Origin: an uncultured Pseudomonadales bacterium
Lineage (GTDB): Bacteria > Pseudomonadota > Gammaproteobacteria > Pseudomonadales > Azotimanducaceae
Direction of reading: 5' to 3'
DNA length: 64,000 nucleotides
NCBI GenBank assembly: GCA_964511425.1
Contig: CAZEFI010000007.1
Span: forward strand, 14,832 to 78,831
The notes below the pieces were generated by a model. It was given only the letters and a program-made list of their open reading frames with translations. It was not told the origin of the DNA and did not search any database. Positions 51,278-64,000 of the stretch are shown here, one piece after another. How positions within the stretch are numbered: position 1 is the stretch's first letter; the number at the start of each line of letters is the position of its first letter. The position numbers and the translations under genes were made by a program.

Positions 51278-52477
51278 CTATTGAATAATGCTGGTTACGA
51301 CACCAGCACCGACCGTTCGCCCACCTTCACGAATAGCAAAACGTAAACCATCATCCATCGCAATGGGGCTAATTAATTCAACATTGATTTCCACATTGTC
51401 GCCAGGCATTACCATTTCCACCCCTTCATTCAAGGTGACTTCCCCAGTTACATCCGTGGTACGAAAGTAAAACTGCGGTCGATAGTGACTTTGGAAAGGC
51501 GAATGACGACCACCTTCTTCTTTGGATAACACATAAACTTGCGCGGAAAACTTAGTATGAGGTGTAATCGAACCAGGTACGGCCAGAACTTGACCGCGTT
51601 CCACTTCGTCCCGCTTGATTCCACGTAGGAGCACTCCGATATTCTCACCAGCCCTCCCCTCGTCGAGGAGTTTACGGAACATCTCCACACCAGTACAGGT
51701 TGTTTTGTGTGTCGGCCGGATACCGACGATTTCCACTTCATTTCCGACTTGGACAATACCTCGGTCAACTCGCCCGGTAACCACGGTACCGCGACCGGAA
51801 ATCGAGAATACATCCTCAATCGGCATCAAGAACGGCGCATCTACAGGTCTTTCTGGTTCCGGTATGTAATCATCGAGTGCTTCGACAAGTTTTCGAACAG
51901 AACCTGCACCGTCATCGCCTTCTTCACCTTCCATCGCTTTCAGCGCGCTACCAGGAATAATGGGCGATTCGGGATCAAATTCGTAACTCTCAAGCAACTC
52001 CTGAATTTCCATGGTTACAAGTTCAACAAACTCGTCGCGGTCCGCCTCGTCCAGCATGTCGACTTTATTCAAATAGGTGATGATCCTTGGGACACCCACC
52101 TGTCGGGCCAACAGAATGTGTTCGCGAGTTTGTGGCATCGCACCGTCGACCGCAGATACAACCAAAATAGCACCGTCCATTTGGGCAGCACCGGTGATCA
52201 TATTTTTGATGTAATCCGCGTGTCCGGGACAGTCAACATGGGCATAGTGTCGATTCGGCGATTCGTACTCGACGTGTGTGGTAGCGATCGTGATTCCACG
52301 GGCTTTCTCTTCAGGAGCGTTATCGATTTCCTCGAAGTTCTTGACATCTCCAACACCGGCATCTTTCGCGCAGATCATGGTCATTGCTGCTGTCAACGTA
52401 GTCTTGCCATGGTCGACATGACCTATCGTACCGACGTTCACGTGCGGTTTTGTTCGTTCAAATTTAGCTTTCGCCAT
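51278..52477 (-). CDS. tuf: Elongation factor Tu
   Basis: 399 aa, [22 protein letters not shown]. Confidence 0.97.
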   Translation of the reverse strand: MAKAKFERTKPHVNVGTIGHVDHGKTTLTAAMTMICAKDAGVGDVKNFEEIDNAPEEKARGITIATTHVEYESPNRHYAHVDCPGHADYIKNMITGAAQMDGAILVVSAVDGAMPQTREHILLARQVGVPRIITYLNKVDMLDEADRDEFVELVTMEIQELLESYEFDPESPIIPGSALKAMEGEEGDDGAGSVRKLVEALDDYIPEPERPVDAPFLMPIEDVFSISGRGTVVTGRVDRGIVQVGNEVEIVGIRPTHKTTCTGVEMFRKLLDEGRAGENIGVLLRGIKRDEVERGQVLAVPGSITPHTKFSAQVYVLSKEEGGRHSPFQSHYRPQFYFRTTDVTGEVTLNEGVEMVMPGDNVEINVELISPIAMDDGLRFAIREGGRTVGAGVVTSIIQ

Positions 52478-52528
52478 TGTCTCTCTTTCTCCCTAGTAAT
52501 AGATTAATGTCATGTTTCCAGTGATGTC

Positions 52529-54619
52529 TCAACGCGCTTTAATCGCATCTGCAACGGTCTCCGGAACTTCCTCATAACGATCAAATTCCATGGTAAAGGT
52601 TGCTCTACCTTGAGTCGTCGATCGAAGATCGGTCGCATAACCGAACATCTCCCCAAGTGGAATCGAAGCTTTAACAATTTTACCCGCAGGGTTCTCGTCC
52701 ATGCCATCAATAACGCCGCGGCGACGATTAAGATCACCTACGACATCGCCGAGAAAGTCATGCGGAGTCACAACTTCAACTGCCATAACCGGTTCCAATA
52801 ATACCGGGTCTGCACGGTGTGCACCTTCTCGCATAGCAGTGGCACCAGCAATTTTAAAAGCAATCTCACTGGAATCCACTTCATGAAAAGACCCATCGTA
52901 CAATGTTGCGCGGACGTTGATTAATGGAAATCCTGCGACAACTCCGTTCGTCATTTGGTCTCGAATGCCTTTGTCGACGGCGGGAATGTACTCTCTCGGG
53001 ATCGCACCACCGACGATTTGATCGACGAATTCATAAGTTTTAGTGCCATCTTCCAATGGTTCGATCCGTACTAAAACGTGCGCAAATTGACCACGACCAC
53101 CAGTCTGTCGTACGTGCCTCGCCTCCGCATCAACAGGTTTCCGGATGGTTTCCCTGTAAGCGACTTGAGGTTTACCTATATTTGCATCAACTTTAAACTC
53201 ACGCTTCATGCGATCAATAATGATGTCGAGATGGAGTTCTCCCATTCCCGCAATGATGGTCTGACCGGACTCTTCGTCTGAAGAGACCCGAAATGAAGGA
53301 TCCTCCTGCGCTAACTTACTCAACGCGATGGACATCTTGTCCTGGTCCGCCACCGAGCGAGGTTCGACCGCAACATGGATGACTGGTACCGGAAAAACCA
53401 TGCGTTCAAGAGTCACGATCGAGTTTTCACTACACAACGTGTCGCCTGTCGTCACGTCTTTTAACCCAATGGCCGCCGCAATGTCACCTGCGCGCACCTC
53501 AGATATCTCTTTGCGACTGTTAGCATGCAACTGTACCATGCGACCTATGCGTTCACGGCGAGAACGAGTCGCGTTGTATACTCGGTCTCCTGTTGACAGC
53601 ACTCCCGAATACGCGCGGAAAAAGGTCAACGTTCCCACATATGGATCCGTCGCGATCTTAAACGCTAGTGCAGCGAACGGTTCGTCATCGTCTGAGTGCC
53701 GAGAAATTACCGTGCCATCCGCAGCGGTACCCTCGATGGCTTTAACCTCGTTCGGCGCGGGTAAATACTGTATAACTGCGTCAAGCATCGGCTGAACGCC
53801 CTTGTTTTTGAAAGCTGTGCCACAAATAGCGGGTACGATTTCATTCGCGAGGGTGCGCTTGCGCAGTGCTTCACGAATTTCTTCTTCGGATATTTCCTTG
53901 CCTTCCAGATAGCGCTCCGTTAGATCGTCGTTGGATTCCACAGCAACTTCAACTAACTGTTCTCGATACGTCGTTGCTCGATCAACTAGTTCAGAGGGAA
54001 TTTCTTCAACACGTGTACTCAGTCCCAAGTCCCCTGTTTCCCAATACAGAGCTTTCATCGAAACTAGGTCCACAACTCCCTTGAAGTCCTCTTCAGCACC
54101 GATCGCCAGTTGTAACATGACCGGAGTTGCCCCTAGTCGAGTCTCTATTTGTCCTACTACGCGTTCGAAATTTGCGCCCGCACGATCCATCTTATTAACA
54201 AAGACAATTCTGGGAACTTCGTACCGATCCGCCTGTCGCCACACGGTTTCAGATTGCGGTTCAACACCCGCAGTACCACAAAAAACGACTACTGCGCCAT
54301 CGAGGACCCGAAGACTACGTTCGACTTCGATCGTGAAGTCAACGTGCCCGGGGGTATCTATGATGTTGATGCGATGATCCTCGAACTGATCGTGCATTCC
54401 CTTCCAAAAACAAGTCGTCGCGGCTGAGGTAATCGTGATCCCTCGCTCTTGTTCTTGTGCCATCCAGTCCATTACAGCCGCACCGTCATGAACCTCACCG
54501 AGTTTGTGCGAGATTCCCGTGTAAAAAAGCACGCGTTCTGTAGTAGTCGTCTTACCCGCATCGACATGGGCAACTATACCGATATTTCTGTAGCGCCCCA
54601 AGGGTGTGCTACGTGCCAT
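52529..54619 (-). CDS. fusA: Elongation factor G
   Basis: 696 aa, [24 protein letters not shown]. Confidence 0.97.
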   Translation of the reverse strand: MARSTPLGRYRNIGIVAHVDAGKTTTTERVLFYTGISHKLGEVHDGAAVMDWMAQEQERGITITSAATTCFWKGMHDQFEDHRINIIDTPGHVDFTIEVERSLRVLDGAVVVFCGTAGVEPQSETVWRQADRYEVPRIVFVNKMDRAGANFERVVGQIETRLGATPVMLQLAIGAEEDFKGVVDLVSMKALYWETGDLGLSTRVEEIPSELVDRATTYREQLVEVAVESNDDLTERYLEGKEISEEEIREALRKRTLANEIVPAICGTAFKNKGVQPMLDAVIQYLPAPNEVKAIEGTAADGTVISRHSDDDEPFAALAFKIATDPYVGTLTFFRAYSGVLSTGDRVYNATRSRRERIGRMVQLHANSRKEISEVRAGDIAAAIGLKDVTTGDTLCSENSIVTLERMVFPVPVIHVAVEPRSVADQDKMSIALSKLAQEDPSFRVSSDEESGQTIIAGMGELHLDIIIDRMKREFKVDANIGKPQVAYRETIRKPVDAEARHVRQTGGRGQFAHVLVRIEPLEDGTKTYEFVDQIVGGAIPREYIPAVDKGIRDQMTNGVVAGFPLINVRATLYDGSFHEVDSSEIAFKIAGATAMREGAHRADPVLLEPVMAVEVVTPHDFLGDVVGDLNRRRGVIDGMDENPAGKIVKASIPLGEMFGYATDLRSTTQGRATFTMEFDRYEEVPETVADAIKAR

Positions 54620-54681
54620 GCAAGTACTCCGAGAACTTTAACTAAGAAACTGTTAAAAGAGAAAACGTATCAATACAGTAG

Positions 54682-55152
54682 TTAGTATCGATAGTGTGCA
54701 AACGCTCGGTTTGCTTCAGCTTGGCGATGGGTATCAGTACGTTTTTTCACCGCACCGCCACGGCCATTGGCAGCGTCGATCAATTCACTCGCGAGACGCG
54801 ACGCCATCGTCTTTTCATTGCGTGTGCGCGCACTGTCGACCAACCATCGCATGGCTAGTGCCACACGGCGGGACGGACGCACTTCGATCGGAACTGGTAA
54901 TGTCGAACCTCCCACGCGCCGAGACTTCACCTCGGTAATAGGAGCGACTTCCTCTAGTGCCTTCTCAAAAACTTCCAAAGGATCCGTATCTTCACGTTTT
55001 TGTACGAGGTCCAATGCCCCGTAAACGATTTTCTCGGCTACAGCTTTTTTACCGCTAACCATAACGTGATTGATGAACTTTGCTACAGTCTCATTGTGGT
55101 ACTTCGGATCCGGGAGAATTACCCGTTTTTCACTCACATGCCGGCGGGACAT
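54682..55152 (-). CDS. rpsG: 30S ribosomal protein S7
   Basis: [18 protein letters not shown] ... AHYRY. Confidence 0.95.
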   Translation of the reverse strand: MSRRHVSEKRVILPDPKYHNETVAKFINHVMVSGKKAVAEKIVYGALDLVQKREDTDPLEVFEKALEEVAPITEVKSRRVGGSTLPVPIEVRPSRRVALAMRWLVDSARTRNEKTMASRLASELIDAANGRGGAVKKRTDTHRQAEANRAFAHYRY

Positions 55153-55169
55153 CCGTAAATAGCTCCTTC

Positions 55170-55547
55170 TTAAATCTGACTCGGCCGTTTCGCGCCATAT
55201 TTTGATCGTCCTTGACGGCGATCATCAACACCAGTCGCGTCTAGAGTACCGCGAATTGTGTGATACCGCACTCCAGGTAAATCCTTCACTCGACCACCTC
55301 GAATCAATACGGTACTGTGCTCCTGAAGTGTATGACCTTCTCCGGGAATGTAAGAATTCACTTCATACCCATTCACGAGCCGCACTCGACAGACTTTACG
55401 CATCGCGGAATTCGGCTTACGCGGAGTCGTTGTATACACACGAATGCACACGCCGCGTTTTTGCGGGTTCGACTCGAGCGCTAGCGACTGGCTCTTCTTC
55501 ACGCGTCGTTTACGTGGTTTCCGGATCAACTGACTAATAGTCGCCAA
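55170..55547 (-). CDS. rpsL: 30S ribosomal protein S12 (Arg at position 43)
   Basis: [12 protein letters not shown]...[16 protein letters not shown]...[24 protein letters not shown] lies upstream. Confidence 0.95.
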   Translation of the reverse strand: MATISQLIRKPRKRRVKKSQSLALESNPQKRGVCIRVYTTTPRKPNSAMRKVCRVRLVNGYEVNSYIPGEGHTLQEHSTVLIRGGRVKDLPGVRYHTIRGTLDATGVDDRRQGRSKYGAKRPSQI

Positions 55548-55640
55548 GTTTCAATTTCCTCCAGACTCAGGTTTCGGTGATTACGTTGGGTAGTTCGTAA
55601 AAAAACGGTATTTTAGAGATTCTCATGCTCATTTACTAGC

Positions 55641-58600
55641 TTACTCGGTAGATTCTTCAGTGGTATCCTGCTCGGCAAGCATTTCAGCAAGCGAGCGTTC
55701 TATCTCTTCGACGGAATCTTTACGCGATCTGCCCTCTTGTATGATGACTTCTTCGCGACGACGTTGTTTACGTCGACGGTGATACTCAAGGCCCGTACCA
55801 GCAGGAATCAATCGACCAACCACGACATTCTCCTTTAAACCGCGTAAACGATCTACTTTCCCGGTAACCGACGCTTCGGTCAATACCCGAGTGGTCTCTT
55901 GGAAAGAAGCAGCAGAGATAAAGGAATCTGTCGCCAAAGAACCGCGCGTAATACCTAGTAACACACGGCGATATTCGGGCGTTTGTTTCCCTTCACCACG
56001 CAAGTTCTCGATCACTTGCTGGAGCTCCGAATGATCCACTTGTTCGCCTCGTACGAAATGCGACTCGCCGCTAGTGTCAATTTCGACCTTTCGCAACATC
56101 TGTCGTACGATGACCTCAATGTGTTTGTCGTTTATTGGAACACCTTGCAGGCGGTAGACGTCCTGTATCCCACTGATAATGTATTCCGAGAGATCAGCTA
56201 CACCACGTAACCGCAGAATATCATGAGGGTCGACGGCACCATCACAAATAATCTCCCCACGTTGAACATGTTCGCCAGCAAACACTGAAATATTCCTCGT
56301 CTTCGGGATCAAGGTTTCGACTGGTTCAACTTCTTCCGCCGAATCAACATTGTCCGGTGTGATCATCAATCGAACTTTTGTAAGAGTTTCGCGACCGAAA
56401 CTTACAGTGCCAGTAGCTTCAGCCATGACTGCACTTTCTTTCGGTTTGCGTGCCTCAAAGAGTTCAATAACCCGCGGTAATCCACCGACTATGTCGATCG
56501 TCTTGGAACTTTCTTGCGGTGCTTTCGCAATCACTGCACCGACGTGAACTCTTGATCCAGCATCCACTAGTACGTTCGCGCCAGCGGGTAAGCTGTAGTT
56601 AACAAGAACTTCTTCATCCGGGTGAATCTTAGTTCCGCGGCCTTTAGTTGCTGGTCGATACAGTTGGATTCCCGGTCGCAATCCCATACCAACTTCCGGC
56701 CGTTCGGACTCTGGAATTACACTCAATATAGTCAAACCAGTCTCTTCATCAGTCTGAGTTCGAACAGAACGACCTTCTTCCATATCTATAAACTGAACGA
56801 TGCCTTCCTGTTCGGAGATGATTAAATGGTAGTGGGGGTCCCATTTCGCCACAACCTGTCCCGCAATAACGTGATCTCCTTCCTCAGCAGCTAAAGTAGC
56901 ACCGTAGGGAACTGCATAGCGTTCGCGTTCTCGGCCCCGTTCATCAAAGATCATGATCTTTCCTGAACGCGAAACGACAACCAAATGACCATCTGGGTTT
57001 CGTACTGTATTAATATTCTGAAAGCGTAACAACCCACCATGTTCCACTTGTACACTATCTTCGGCAGTAGCTCGAGACGCCGCACCACCGATGTGGAAAG
57101 TACGCAACGTTAATTGTGTACCGGGCTCGCCAATCGACTGAGCAGCAATAACGCCAACTGCTTCGCCCACATTGACGAGGTGGCCACGCGCTAGATCTCT
57201 ACCGTAGCAACGTGCACACAGACCAAACTTGGTCTCACAAGTTATGGGAGATCGCACGTAAATTTCGTCAAATCCCATATCTTCGATTCGTTGTACCCAA
57301 TCTTCGTCGATCATCGTACCAACTGCGATAGCTTCTTCGCCGGTGTGCGTGTCGTGGACTGGTTTCGCAACGATGCGCCCTAACACGCGCTCGGAAAGCG
57401 GCTCAACCACTTCGCCACCTTCGATTTTGGCCGTGATGCGCAACCCATTGGTAGTACCGCAATCCTGTTCAGTGATCACTAAGTCTTGAGCGACGTCAAC
57501 CAAGCGTCGAGTTAAATATCCGGCATTCGCGGTTTTAAGAGCCGTGTCAGCTAAACCTTTACGAGAACCGTGAGTCGATATAAAGTATTCATTAACCGAC
57601 AATCCTTCGCGGAAATTGGAAATGATTGGAGTCTCAATAATCGTACCGTCTGGTCGTGCCATGAGTCCGCGCATCCCCGCTAGCTGACGAATCTGTGCTG
57701 GAGAACCACGAGCCTTCGAATCGGCGTAGAGAAAAATGGAATTGAATGAGTCTTGTTCTTCCAGTTCGCCTTCCCGATTGAGTACCTTTTCTTTGGATAT
57801 GCCTTCCAACATCTTAGCCGCGATTTGATCGCTCGCGCGCGTCCAAATATCGACTGCTTTGTTGTACTTCTCCGTAGGCGACAGCAAATTATCTAAAAAT
57901 TGCCGTTCGAGATCCTCAATCTGCTCACGTGCTTCATTAACGATGCTTTCCTTAGCATCGGGCACTACTAAGTCATCCACACCGATCGAACATCCCGCGT
58001 ACGTCGAGTATTTAAAACCAGCGTACATTAACTGATCTGCAAAGACGACAGTCTCTTTTAATCCGACGCGGCGATAACATAAGTCTACCAGTTCAGAAAT
58101 TTCACCGCGTTTCAGAACCCTATTCACGTATTTGAAGCTGAGTCCCTGAGGTAGGATGTCTGCGAGAAGAGAGCGACCCACAGTAGTGTCGACGATGTGC
58201 GTATGTGTTTCACCTCCAGCCTGCTCTTCAGTGAGACGAACTTTCACTTTCGCGTGCAAATCAACCTGTTCGTTATAGTATGCGCGTTCCACTTCTTGAG
58301 TGTCGGCAAAAATCATACCTTCACCCTTACCGTTTATACGGTCCCGTGTTAGGTAATACAAACCTAATACAACATCTTGGTTGGGAACGATGATTGGTTC
58401 ACCGCTTGCCGGCGACAAGATGTTGTTTGTCGACATCATGAGTGCTCTAGATTCCAGCTGTGCTTCAATCGTTAGCGGGACGTGGACAGCCATTTGGTCG
58501 CCATCAAAGTCAGCGTTAAAAGCAACGCAGACTAGAGGATGTAGTTGAATAGCTTTACCTTCAATGAGTTTCGGCTCAAAAGCTTGAATACCGAGCCGAT

Positions 58601-59891
58601 GCAGTGTTGGCGCGCGATTCAGTAAAACGGGATGTTCGCGAATCACGTCTGCAAGTACGTCCCAAACCTGTGGATGTTCTTCCTCAATGAGTCCTTTAGC
58701 TTGTTTGATACTATCGGCTAGTTCACGTCGTTGGAGTTCACCCAAAACAAAGGGACGGAATAGTTCCAGAGCCATCTTTTTTGGTAGCCCGCATTCGTGG
58801 AGTTTGAGTTCCGGCCCGACCACAATCACAGAACGTCCGGAAAAGTCGACTCGTTTTCCGAGCAGATTTTGACGGAATCGACCTTGTTTGCCCTTAATCA
58901 TGTCCGAAAGGGATTTCAATTGACGTTTGTTGGTACCTAGAATCGCTCGACCCCTCCGACCATTGTCGAGTAAGGCATCGACTGCTTCTTGCAACATTCG
59001 CTTCTCGTTGCGAATGATGATTTCCGGAGCACTAAGTTCGAGTAGCTTTTCAAGCCTATTGTTGCGATTGATTACACGGCGGTACAAATCATTGAGATCT
59101 GAAGTAGCGAAGCGACCACCTTCCATCGGAACCAAAGGTCGTAAGTCTGGTGGTAGGACCGGCAGGGTGCGCAAGATCATCCAACCAGGCTTGTTTCCGG
59201 AGTTCATAAAAGCTTCGACTAACTTAAGGCGTTTGGACAACTTCTTGATTTTCGCTTCAGAAGTCGTACTATTGATCTCCTCGCGTAGTTCAGTAGCTTT
59301 TTGTTTTAAGTCAATACTATCAAGAAGTTCGAGAATACCTTCTGCGCCCATTTTCGCGATAAATTCCCCGTTGCCGTATCGCTCAACAGCTTCATCGTAC
59401 TCTTCCTCAGTAAGCAGCATTCCGGGTTGCAGATCCGTCATCAACGGATCAATCACTATATAGGAGTCGAAATGAAGGACCCGTTCAATTTCACGTAGAG
59501 TGATATCCAACATCAGGCCAATGCGTGACGGCAGCGACTTCAAAAACCAAATGTGTGCGACGGGTGCGGCAAGTTCCAAATGGCCCATACGTTCGCGACG
59601 GACTTTCTTGGTCGTTACCTCGACTCCACATTTCTCGCAAATAACTCCGCGATGCTTCATGCGTTTGTATTTCCCGCACAAGCACTCGTTATCCTTCATC
59701 GGTCCAAAAATCTTGGCGCAAAACAAACCATCGCGTTCTGGCTTCAAAGTCCGATAGTTGATGGTCTCCGGTTTTCTGACCTCGCCAAAAGACCAAGCAC
59801 GAATCAAGTCTGGAGAAGCTAACGCGATCTTGACGGAGTCGAACTCGTCTACGGATTGCGTTCTTCTAGGCGGACTAAAAAAATCTACCAT
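55641..59891 (-). CDS. rpoC: DNA-directed RNA polymerase subunit beta'
   Basis: 1416 aa, [27 protein letters not shown] and [12 protein letters not shown]. Confidence 0.97.
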   Translation of the reverse strand: MVDFFSPPRRTQSVDEFDSVKIALASPDLIRAWSFGEVRKPETINYRTLKPERDGLFCAKIFGPMKDNECLCGKYKRMKHRGVICEKCGVEVTTKKVRRERMGHLELAAPVAHIWFLKSLPSRIGLMLDITLREIERVLHFDSYIVIDPLMTDLQPGMLLTEEEYDEAVERYGNGEFIAKMGAEGILELLDSIDLKQKATELREEINSTTSEAKIKKLSKRLKLVEAFMNSGNKPGWMILRTLPVLPPDLRPLVPMEGGRFATSDLNDLYRRVINRNNRLEKLLELSAPEIIIRNEKRMLQEAVDALLDNGRRGRAILGTNKRQLKSLSDMIKGKQGRFRQNLLGKRVDFSGRSVIVVGPELKLHECGLPKKMALELFRPFVLGELQRRELADSIKQAKGLIEEEHPQVWDVLADVIREHPVLLNRAPTLHRLGIQAFEPKLIEGKAIQLHPLVCVAFNADFDGDQMAVHVPLTIEAQLESRALMMSTNNILSPASGEPIIVPNQDVVLGLYYLTRDRINGKGEGMIFADTQEVERAYYNEQVDLHAKVKVRLTEEQAGGETHTHIVDTTVGRSLLADILPQGLSFKYVNRVLKRGEISELVDLCYRRVGLKETVVFADQLMYAGFKYSTYAGCSIGVDDLVVPDAKESIVNEAREQIEDLERQFLDNLLSPTEKYNKAVDIWTRASDQIAAKMLEGISKEKVLNREGELEEQDSFNSIFLYADSKARGSPAQIRQLAGMRGLMARPDGTIIETPIISNFREGLSVNEYFISTHGSRKGLADTALKTANAGYLTRRLVDVAQDLVITEQDCGTTNGLRITAKIEGGEVVEPLSERVLGRIVAKPVHDTHTGEEAIAVGTMIDEDWVQRIEDMGFDEIYVRSPITCETKFGLCARCYGRDLARGHLVNVGEAVGVIAAQSIGEPGTQLTLRTFHIGGAASRATAEDSVQVEHGGLLRFQNINTVRNPDGHLVVVSRSGKIMIFDERGRERERYAVPYGATLAAEEGDHVIAGQVVAKWDPHYHLIISEQEGIVQFIDMEEGRSVRTQTDEETGLTILSVIPESERPEVGMGLRPGIQLYRPATKGRGTKIHPDEEVLVNYSLPAGANVLVDAGSRVHVGAVIAKAPQESSKTIDIVGGLPRVIELFEARKPKESAVMAEATGTVSFGRETLTKVRLMITPDNVDSAEEVEPVETLIPKTRNISVFAGEHVQRGEIICDGAVDPHDILRLRGVADLSEYIISGIQDVYRLQGVPINDKHIEVIVRQMLRKVEIDTSGESHFVRGEQVDHSELQQVIENLRGEGKQTPEYRRVLLGITRGSLATDSFISAASFQETTRVLTEASVTGKVDRLRGLKENVVVGRLIPAGTGLEYHRRRKQRRREEVIIQEGRSRKDSVEEIERSLAEMLAEQDTTEESTE

Positions 59892-59902
59892 TTTTGGTCT
59901 CC

Positions 59903-62900
59903 TTATTCCGATTGGAGTGCTAAATCAATCGCGAGAGATTTCACCTCGCGTGCAAGCACGTTAAATGATTCAGGCATACCGGGTTCAATGCGGAAATCGC
60001 CATCAATAATGTTCTTGAAAATCTTGCCTCGTCCTTCCACATCGTCAGATTTAACAGTCAAGATTTCCTGAAGCGTGTAGGCTGCACCGTAAGCTTCCAA
60101 AGCCCATACCTCCATTTCTCCAAAACGTTGTCCTCCTTGTTGCGCTTTCCCACCAAGTGGTTGCTGAGTGACTAGTGCGTAGGAGCCGGTGGAGCGCGCA
60201 TGCATCTTTTCATCAACTAAGTGATTGAGTTTGAGCATGTACATGTAACCCACGGTGATGGGTCGATCAAAACGTCTCCCTGTACGTCCATCGTACAGGT
60301 GGGTTTGGCCAGTTTCTGGTAATCCTGCTAGATTTAATAACGTCTTAATATCTTTCTCGCGAGCACCGTCGAAAACTGGTGTCGCTACTGGAATACCCTT
60401 GCGGTAGTCCTGTGCAAGGGCGACAATTTCCGCGTTGGACAAGGAGTCAAAATCTATGGGCTTCCCATCCATTTTGCCGTAAATAGAGTGCAAGAATTTT
60501 CGTACTTCTTCGACTTCTACTTGTTTTTGAAGCAACGCATCAAGTTGTTCCCCTATTCCTTTGACGGCCCAACCTAAATGTGTTTCAAGCACCTGACCGA
60601 TGTTCATCCGTGACGGAACCCCGAGTGGATTCAAGACAATATCCACTGGTTCGCCATTCTCGTCGTAAGGCATATCTTCCACGGGCATGACTACAGAGAT
60701 CACACCTTTGTTACCGTGGCGTCCGGCCATTTTGTCACCTGGTTGAATCCGTCGTTTGGTAGCGACGTAAACTCTGACATATTTAATGACGCCAGGGGGT
60801 AACTCGTCGGGACGTTCCAGTTTTTCCTTTTTGCGTTTGAATTCTTCATCTCTTTGTTTCTGGCGTTGATCCAACAAACGCATAGCGGTCTCGATCTGAC
60901 GATTGATCTGATCGTCCCCAACTCTCAGCGTGCGCCACTCGTTGAGTGTTAAGGAGCGTAAGTACGACGCGGTCACTTTAGCATCTGCATCTAGCCCAGG
61001 TGCTTGCACGGCTGTCGTACCATTGACGGTATTAGCTAATTTCTCTAAAGTCGCACTCTCAAATATTCGATATTGATCATTCAAGTCTTGTTCTATTGCA
61101 AGCAGCTCATCTTCTTCGATTGCACGTGCTCTTGCGTCTTTGTGCATGCCATCTCGTGTGAAGACGCGAACATCAACCACGGTACCTTGAACATCAGATT
61201 TGACCCGCAGAGATGTGTCTTTAACATCGTGCGCTTTTTCACCAAAAATTGCTCGGAGAAGTTTTTCTTCAGGTGTGAGTTGGGTCTCACCTTTTGGAGT
61301 AACTTTACCAACCAAAATGTCCCCAGTTTGGACTTCCGCTCCGATATGAACGATCCCAGATTCATCCAGTTTGTTGAGTGCTGACGGACTGATGTTGGGA
61401 ATGTCAGCGGTGATTTCCTCTGGACCAATCTTCGTTTCTAGCGCGGAACATTCCAGTACTTTGATATGAACACTGGTAAACCGGTCTTCCCGAACGATCC
61501 GTTCGGAAATGAGTATGGAATCTTCATAGTTGTATCCGTTCCAAACCATGAATGCGATCCGCATGTTCTGCCCCAGTGCCAATTCTCCCGCATTGATGGC
61601 CGGCCCGTCGGCCAGAACATCACCTTTTTGAACTCTATCTTTGGGTTTCACAATGGGTCGTTGATTGATGCACGTATCCTGGTTGGAGCGGGTGAACTTC
61701 ATGAGGTTGTAAATATCAATTCCGCCGTCATTAGGATCAGTACGGGTGGTCGCAGTTGTCCGAACCACAATCCGGCGGGCATCAACAAGCTCTACAACTC
61801 CTGCGCGTTTCGCGTAAATACACGCCCCCGAATCTCGTGCTAGTTGCCGCTCGACGCCAGTTCCCACCAACGGTGCTTCTGTTCGAATTGTCGGTACTGC
61901 TTGGCGCTGCATGTTTGAGCCCATAAGACCACGGTTGGCTTCGTCGTGCTCTAAGAACGGAATCAGTGCCGCGGAAATAGACACTATCTGCTTGGGCGAC
62001 ACGTCCATGTACTCCACGTCATGCGGTTGTGCTTTGATGAACTCGTTGTTGTATCGCACATCCACATACTCTTGTACGAACTTCCCTTGTTCATCGACGT
62101 GAGAACTTGCCTGTGCGATGCGATATTCGCTTTCATCAATCGCGGACAGATACTCGATGGTTTTTGTGACTTTGCCATTTTTGACTTTACGATAGGGAGT
62201 CTCGATGAACCCGTAATCGTTGATCTTTGCATAGGTCGCGATTGAGTTGATCAAACCAATCGTTGGACCTTCAGGTGTTTCAATCGGACATACTCGACCG
62301 TAATGAGTTGGATGTACGTCGCGCACCTCGAATCCTGCATGTTCTCTTGTCAGACCTCCGGGCCCTAGCGCTGATACTCGTCGTTTATTAGTAACTTCAG
62401 ATAACGGATTGTTGTGGTCCATGATCTGCGAGAGTTGATGTGAACCAAAGAACTCGCGAATTGCTGCAGCGATGGGTTTTGGATTGATGATATCCTGCGG
62501 CATTAGACCTTCACTATCTGCTAACGACAGGCGATCTTTCACGGCGCGTTCGACTCTCACCAACCCAACGCGAAACTGGTTCTCAGCCATCTCGCCGACG
62601 GAACGTACGCGGCGATTACCTAAGTTATCAACGTCATCAACAAAACCTCGACCGTTTCGTACATCAATCAGCGTCTTTAAGACTCGAATCACGTCATCGG
62701 TGGTAAGATAGTGGCAGTCGGCGTTAGCGTTGGACTGCAGCCGTTTATTAAACTTCATTCGCCCTACTTTTGACATGTCATAGCGTTCGTCTTCGAAGAA
62801 CAGCTTTCGAAACAGTGAAATCGCCGCTTCTTCAGTAACCGGCTCTCCCGGCCGCATGACACTGTAAATTTCATACACCGAACGAATCTTGGAGTCGGTA

Positions 62901-64000
62901 GGATCTTTGCGTAACGTATCCGAAATGAAGGATCCTTGATCCAAATCATTGGTGTAAATCGTCTCGAGTTTCTTGACACCACTGGAAATAATGCGATCAA
63001 TTGTTTCTTCGGTCAATTGAGTATTGCTCAGAACTATGATCTCCCCAGTTTCTGGGTCTTCAATAGTTTTTGCGACCGTTTGATCTACAAGAAACTGGCG
63101 CGGTACATCCATTTTTCGAATGTTCGCGTTCTTCAATTGCCGGACGTGGCGCTGTGTAATTAAATCTCCTGCTTTAGCCAGAATTTGATCATTCACTACG
63201 ATATCGAATCTTGCTCGTGAACCTATCAGACGATCTGGTTCGCAGTTCCACGAAATCAGTCCGCTTCGCCTGATCGTATAGTGGTTGAAATCAAAAAACA
63301 GACTCAGAATTTTCTCATCTGAATATTCCACGCCATCGACATAAAAGAGCGCGCGCAAAAACTGAGAAACAGGTAGCTTCTTACGACGATCGATGCGAAC
63401 GTAAAGATACTCTTTTTGTTCCTTGGACTCATAACCAAACTCAAAATCGAGCCACGAACCGCGGTAGGGAATAACCCTAGCGTGATAAAGAAGCCGCCCC
63501 GAAGCGTGACTTTTCCCCTTATCGTGACTAAACAATACGCCGGGCGAACGATGGAGTTGCGAGACTACTACCCGTTCGGTGCCATTGATAATGAAACTCC
63601 CACTGGGAGTCATGAGTGGAATTTCACCGACGTATACTTCTTGATCCGTAGCGGACTTTACTTTCCCCGTTTCTCGACTATAGAGAATCAACCGTACGGT
63701 CATGTGCATTGGTGCCGCATAGGTTGCACTTCGTGATATGCAATCCTCGATGTCGAAATGGGGTTCTTCCAATCGGTACGAAACGTAGTTCAGATAAGCG
63801 GTCTGGGCGTTGTTCTCCATGGGAAATACTGAGCTAAACGCACCGTGTAGCCCAATCTCTTCACGCTCGTCCGGCGGGATGTCTTTTTGCAGGAACTTTG
63901 CGTACGATTTTGTTTGAATTTCGAGTAGATTCTGCAACTCGACAGGTACGGCAAGGCGACTAAAGTCCTTACGTATACGCTTTTTTTCCGTAAAGGAATA
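59903..64000 (-). CDS. rpoB: DNA-directed RNA polymerase subunit beta; the first one or two codons lie beyond the window end
   Basis: The frame stays open to 64000. My translation of the last 63 nt is [23 protein letters not shown], the conserved RpoB N-terminus. The track start at 63937 is only an internal TTG. 64000-59903+1 = 4098 nt, which is in frame. Confidence 0.95.
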   Translation of the reverse strand, partial: YSFTEKKRIRKDFSRLAVPVELQNLLEIQTKSYAKFLQKDIPPDEREEIGLHGAFSSVFPMENNAQTAYLNYVSYRLEEPHFDIEDCISRSATYAAPMHMTVRLILYSRETGKVKSATDQEVYVGEIPLMTPSGSFIINGTERVVVSQLHRSPGVLFSHDKGKSHASGRLLYHARVIPYRGSWLDFEFGYESKEQKEYLYVRIDRRKKLPVSQFLRALFYVDGVEYSDEKILSLFFDFNHYTIRRSGLISWNCEPDRLIGSRARFDIVVNDQILAKAGDLITQRHVRQLKNANIRKMDVPRQFLVDQTVAKTIEDPETGEIIVLSNTQLTEETIDRIISSGVKKLETIYTNDLDQGSFISDTLRKDPTDSKIRSVYEIYSVMRPGEPVTEEAAISLFRKLFFEDERYDMSKVGRMKFNKRLQSNANADCHYLTTDDVIRVLKTLIDVRNGRGFVDDVDNLGNRRVRSVGEMAENQFRVGLVRVERAVKDRLSLADSEGLMPQDIINPKPIAAAIREFFGSHQLSQIMDHNNPLSEVTNKRRVSALGPGGLTREHAGFEVRDVHPTHYGRVCPIETPEGPTIGLINSIATYAKINDYGFIETPYRKVKNGKVTKTIEYLSAIDESEYRIAQASSHVDEQGKFVQEYVDVRYNNEFIKAQPHDVEYMDVSPKQIVSISAALIPFLEHDEANRGLMGSNMQRQAVPTIRTEAPLVGTGVERQLARDSGACIYAKRAGVVELVDARRIVVRTTATTRTDPNDGGIDIYNLMKFTRSNQDTCINQRPIVKPKDRVQKGDVLADGPAINAGELALGQNMRIAFMVWNGYNYEDSILISERIVREDRFTSVHIKVLECSALETKIGPEEITADIPNISPSALNKLDESGIVHIGAEVQTGDILVGKVTPKGETQLTPEEKLLRAIFGEKAHDVKDTSLRVKSDVQGTVVDVRVFTRDGMHKDARARAIEEDELLAIEQDLNDQYRIFESATLEKLANTVNGTTAVQAPGLDADAKVTASYLRSLTLNEWRTLRVGDDQINRQIETAMRLLDQRQKQRDEEFKRKKEKLERPDELPPGVIKYVRVYVATKRRIQPGDKMAGRHGNKGVISVVMPVEDMPYDENGEPVDIVLNPLGVPSRMNIGQVLETHLGWAVKGIGEQLDALLQKQVEVEEVRKFLHSIYGKMDGKPIDFDSLSNAEIVALAQDYRKGIPVATPVFDGAREKDIKTLLNLAGLPETGQTHLYDGRTGRRFDRPITVGYMYMLKLNHLVDEKMHARSTGSYALVTQQPLGGKAQQGGQRFGEMEVWALEAYGAAYTLQEILTVKSDDVEGRGKIFKNIIDGDFRIEPGMPESFNVLAREVKSLAIDLALQSE

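Noticed and set aside
51707-52507. 266-aa plus-strand ORF, along with several others at 51288-51869
   Set aside because: It is entirely antisense to tuf. The composition is low-complexity and Arg/Ser/His-rich, typical of a shadow frame of a highly conserved, codon-biased gene, and there is no RBS.
55983-63736. Numerous 60-180-aa ORFs on the plus strand and in alternative minus frames inside rpoC and rpoB (for example 58927..59463 and 61466..61843)
   Set aside because: They are shadow ORFs within two very long, unambiguous genes, and none has recognisable motifs.
1-64000. Window-wide scan for rRNA, tRNA, CRISPR arrays, IS elements, integrases and prophage genes
   Set aside because: I could recognise none by eye. 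The intergenic regions are short except those discussed. A tRNAscan, Infernal or ISfinder run would be needed to make this negative result firm.

Overview
This is a bacterial chromosomal segment, most likely gammaproteobacterial. The evidence is a fused nuoCD, a Syd homologue, and the E. coli-like order rpoBC, str, S10, spc and alpha operons. No database search was possible, so every call rests on reading the supplied translations, plus my own translation of stretches missing from the ORF track.

Layout:
- 1-4167 (-): 5' part of the nuo operon, nuoA-B-CD-E-F, with nuoF running off the window.
- 4.5-6.3 kb: two small membrane proteins and a secreted alpha/beta hydrolase.
- 6.3-9.65 kb: a visibly AT-richer islet with an SPPY DNA methyltransferase, an overlapping small PD-(D/E)XK nuclease and a His-rich orphan gene.
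- 9.66-12.3 kb: clpB, with a sigma32-like promoter.
- 12.8-16.4 kb: a 1191-aa polytopic membrane protein of unknown function.
- 16.6-34.5 kb: NfeD/SPFH pair, two adjacent acyl-CoA dehydrogenases, nadE, a degenerate MBL-fold protein, an unlisted bTHX ribosomal protein gene, a TonB-C lipoprotein, a kinase plus GH20 hexosaminidase pair, ribH, a GNAT, an MFS-acyltransferase fusion, an EF-hand/ECF-sigma module, syd and ogt.
- 34.6-37.5 kb: uvrA.
- 37.5-64 kb (-): an uninterrupted block rplQ-rpoA-rpsD-rpsK-rpsM-rpmJ-secY ... rpsJ, tuf-fusA-rpsG-rpsL, rpoC and rpoB, with the rpoB 5' end just outside the window.

I found no rRNA, tRNA, CRISPR array, transposase or integrase.

The best candidate for something new is the 6.3-9.65 kb islet, a restriction-modification-like pair plus an orphan gene. 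The second is the giant membrane protein at 12.8-16.4 kb. I cannot show from sequence alone that either is a previously undescribed system.

Two core-gene observations stand out. S12 carries Arg at the streptomycin-resistance position K43. RpoB carries Asn at the rifampicin-resistance position H526.
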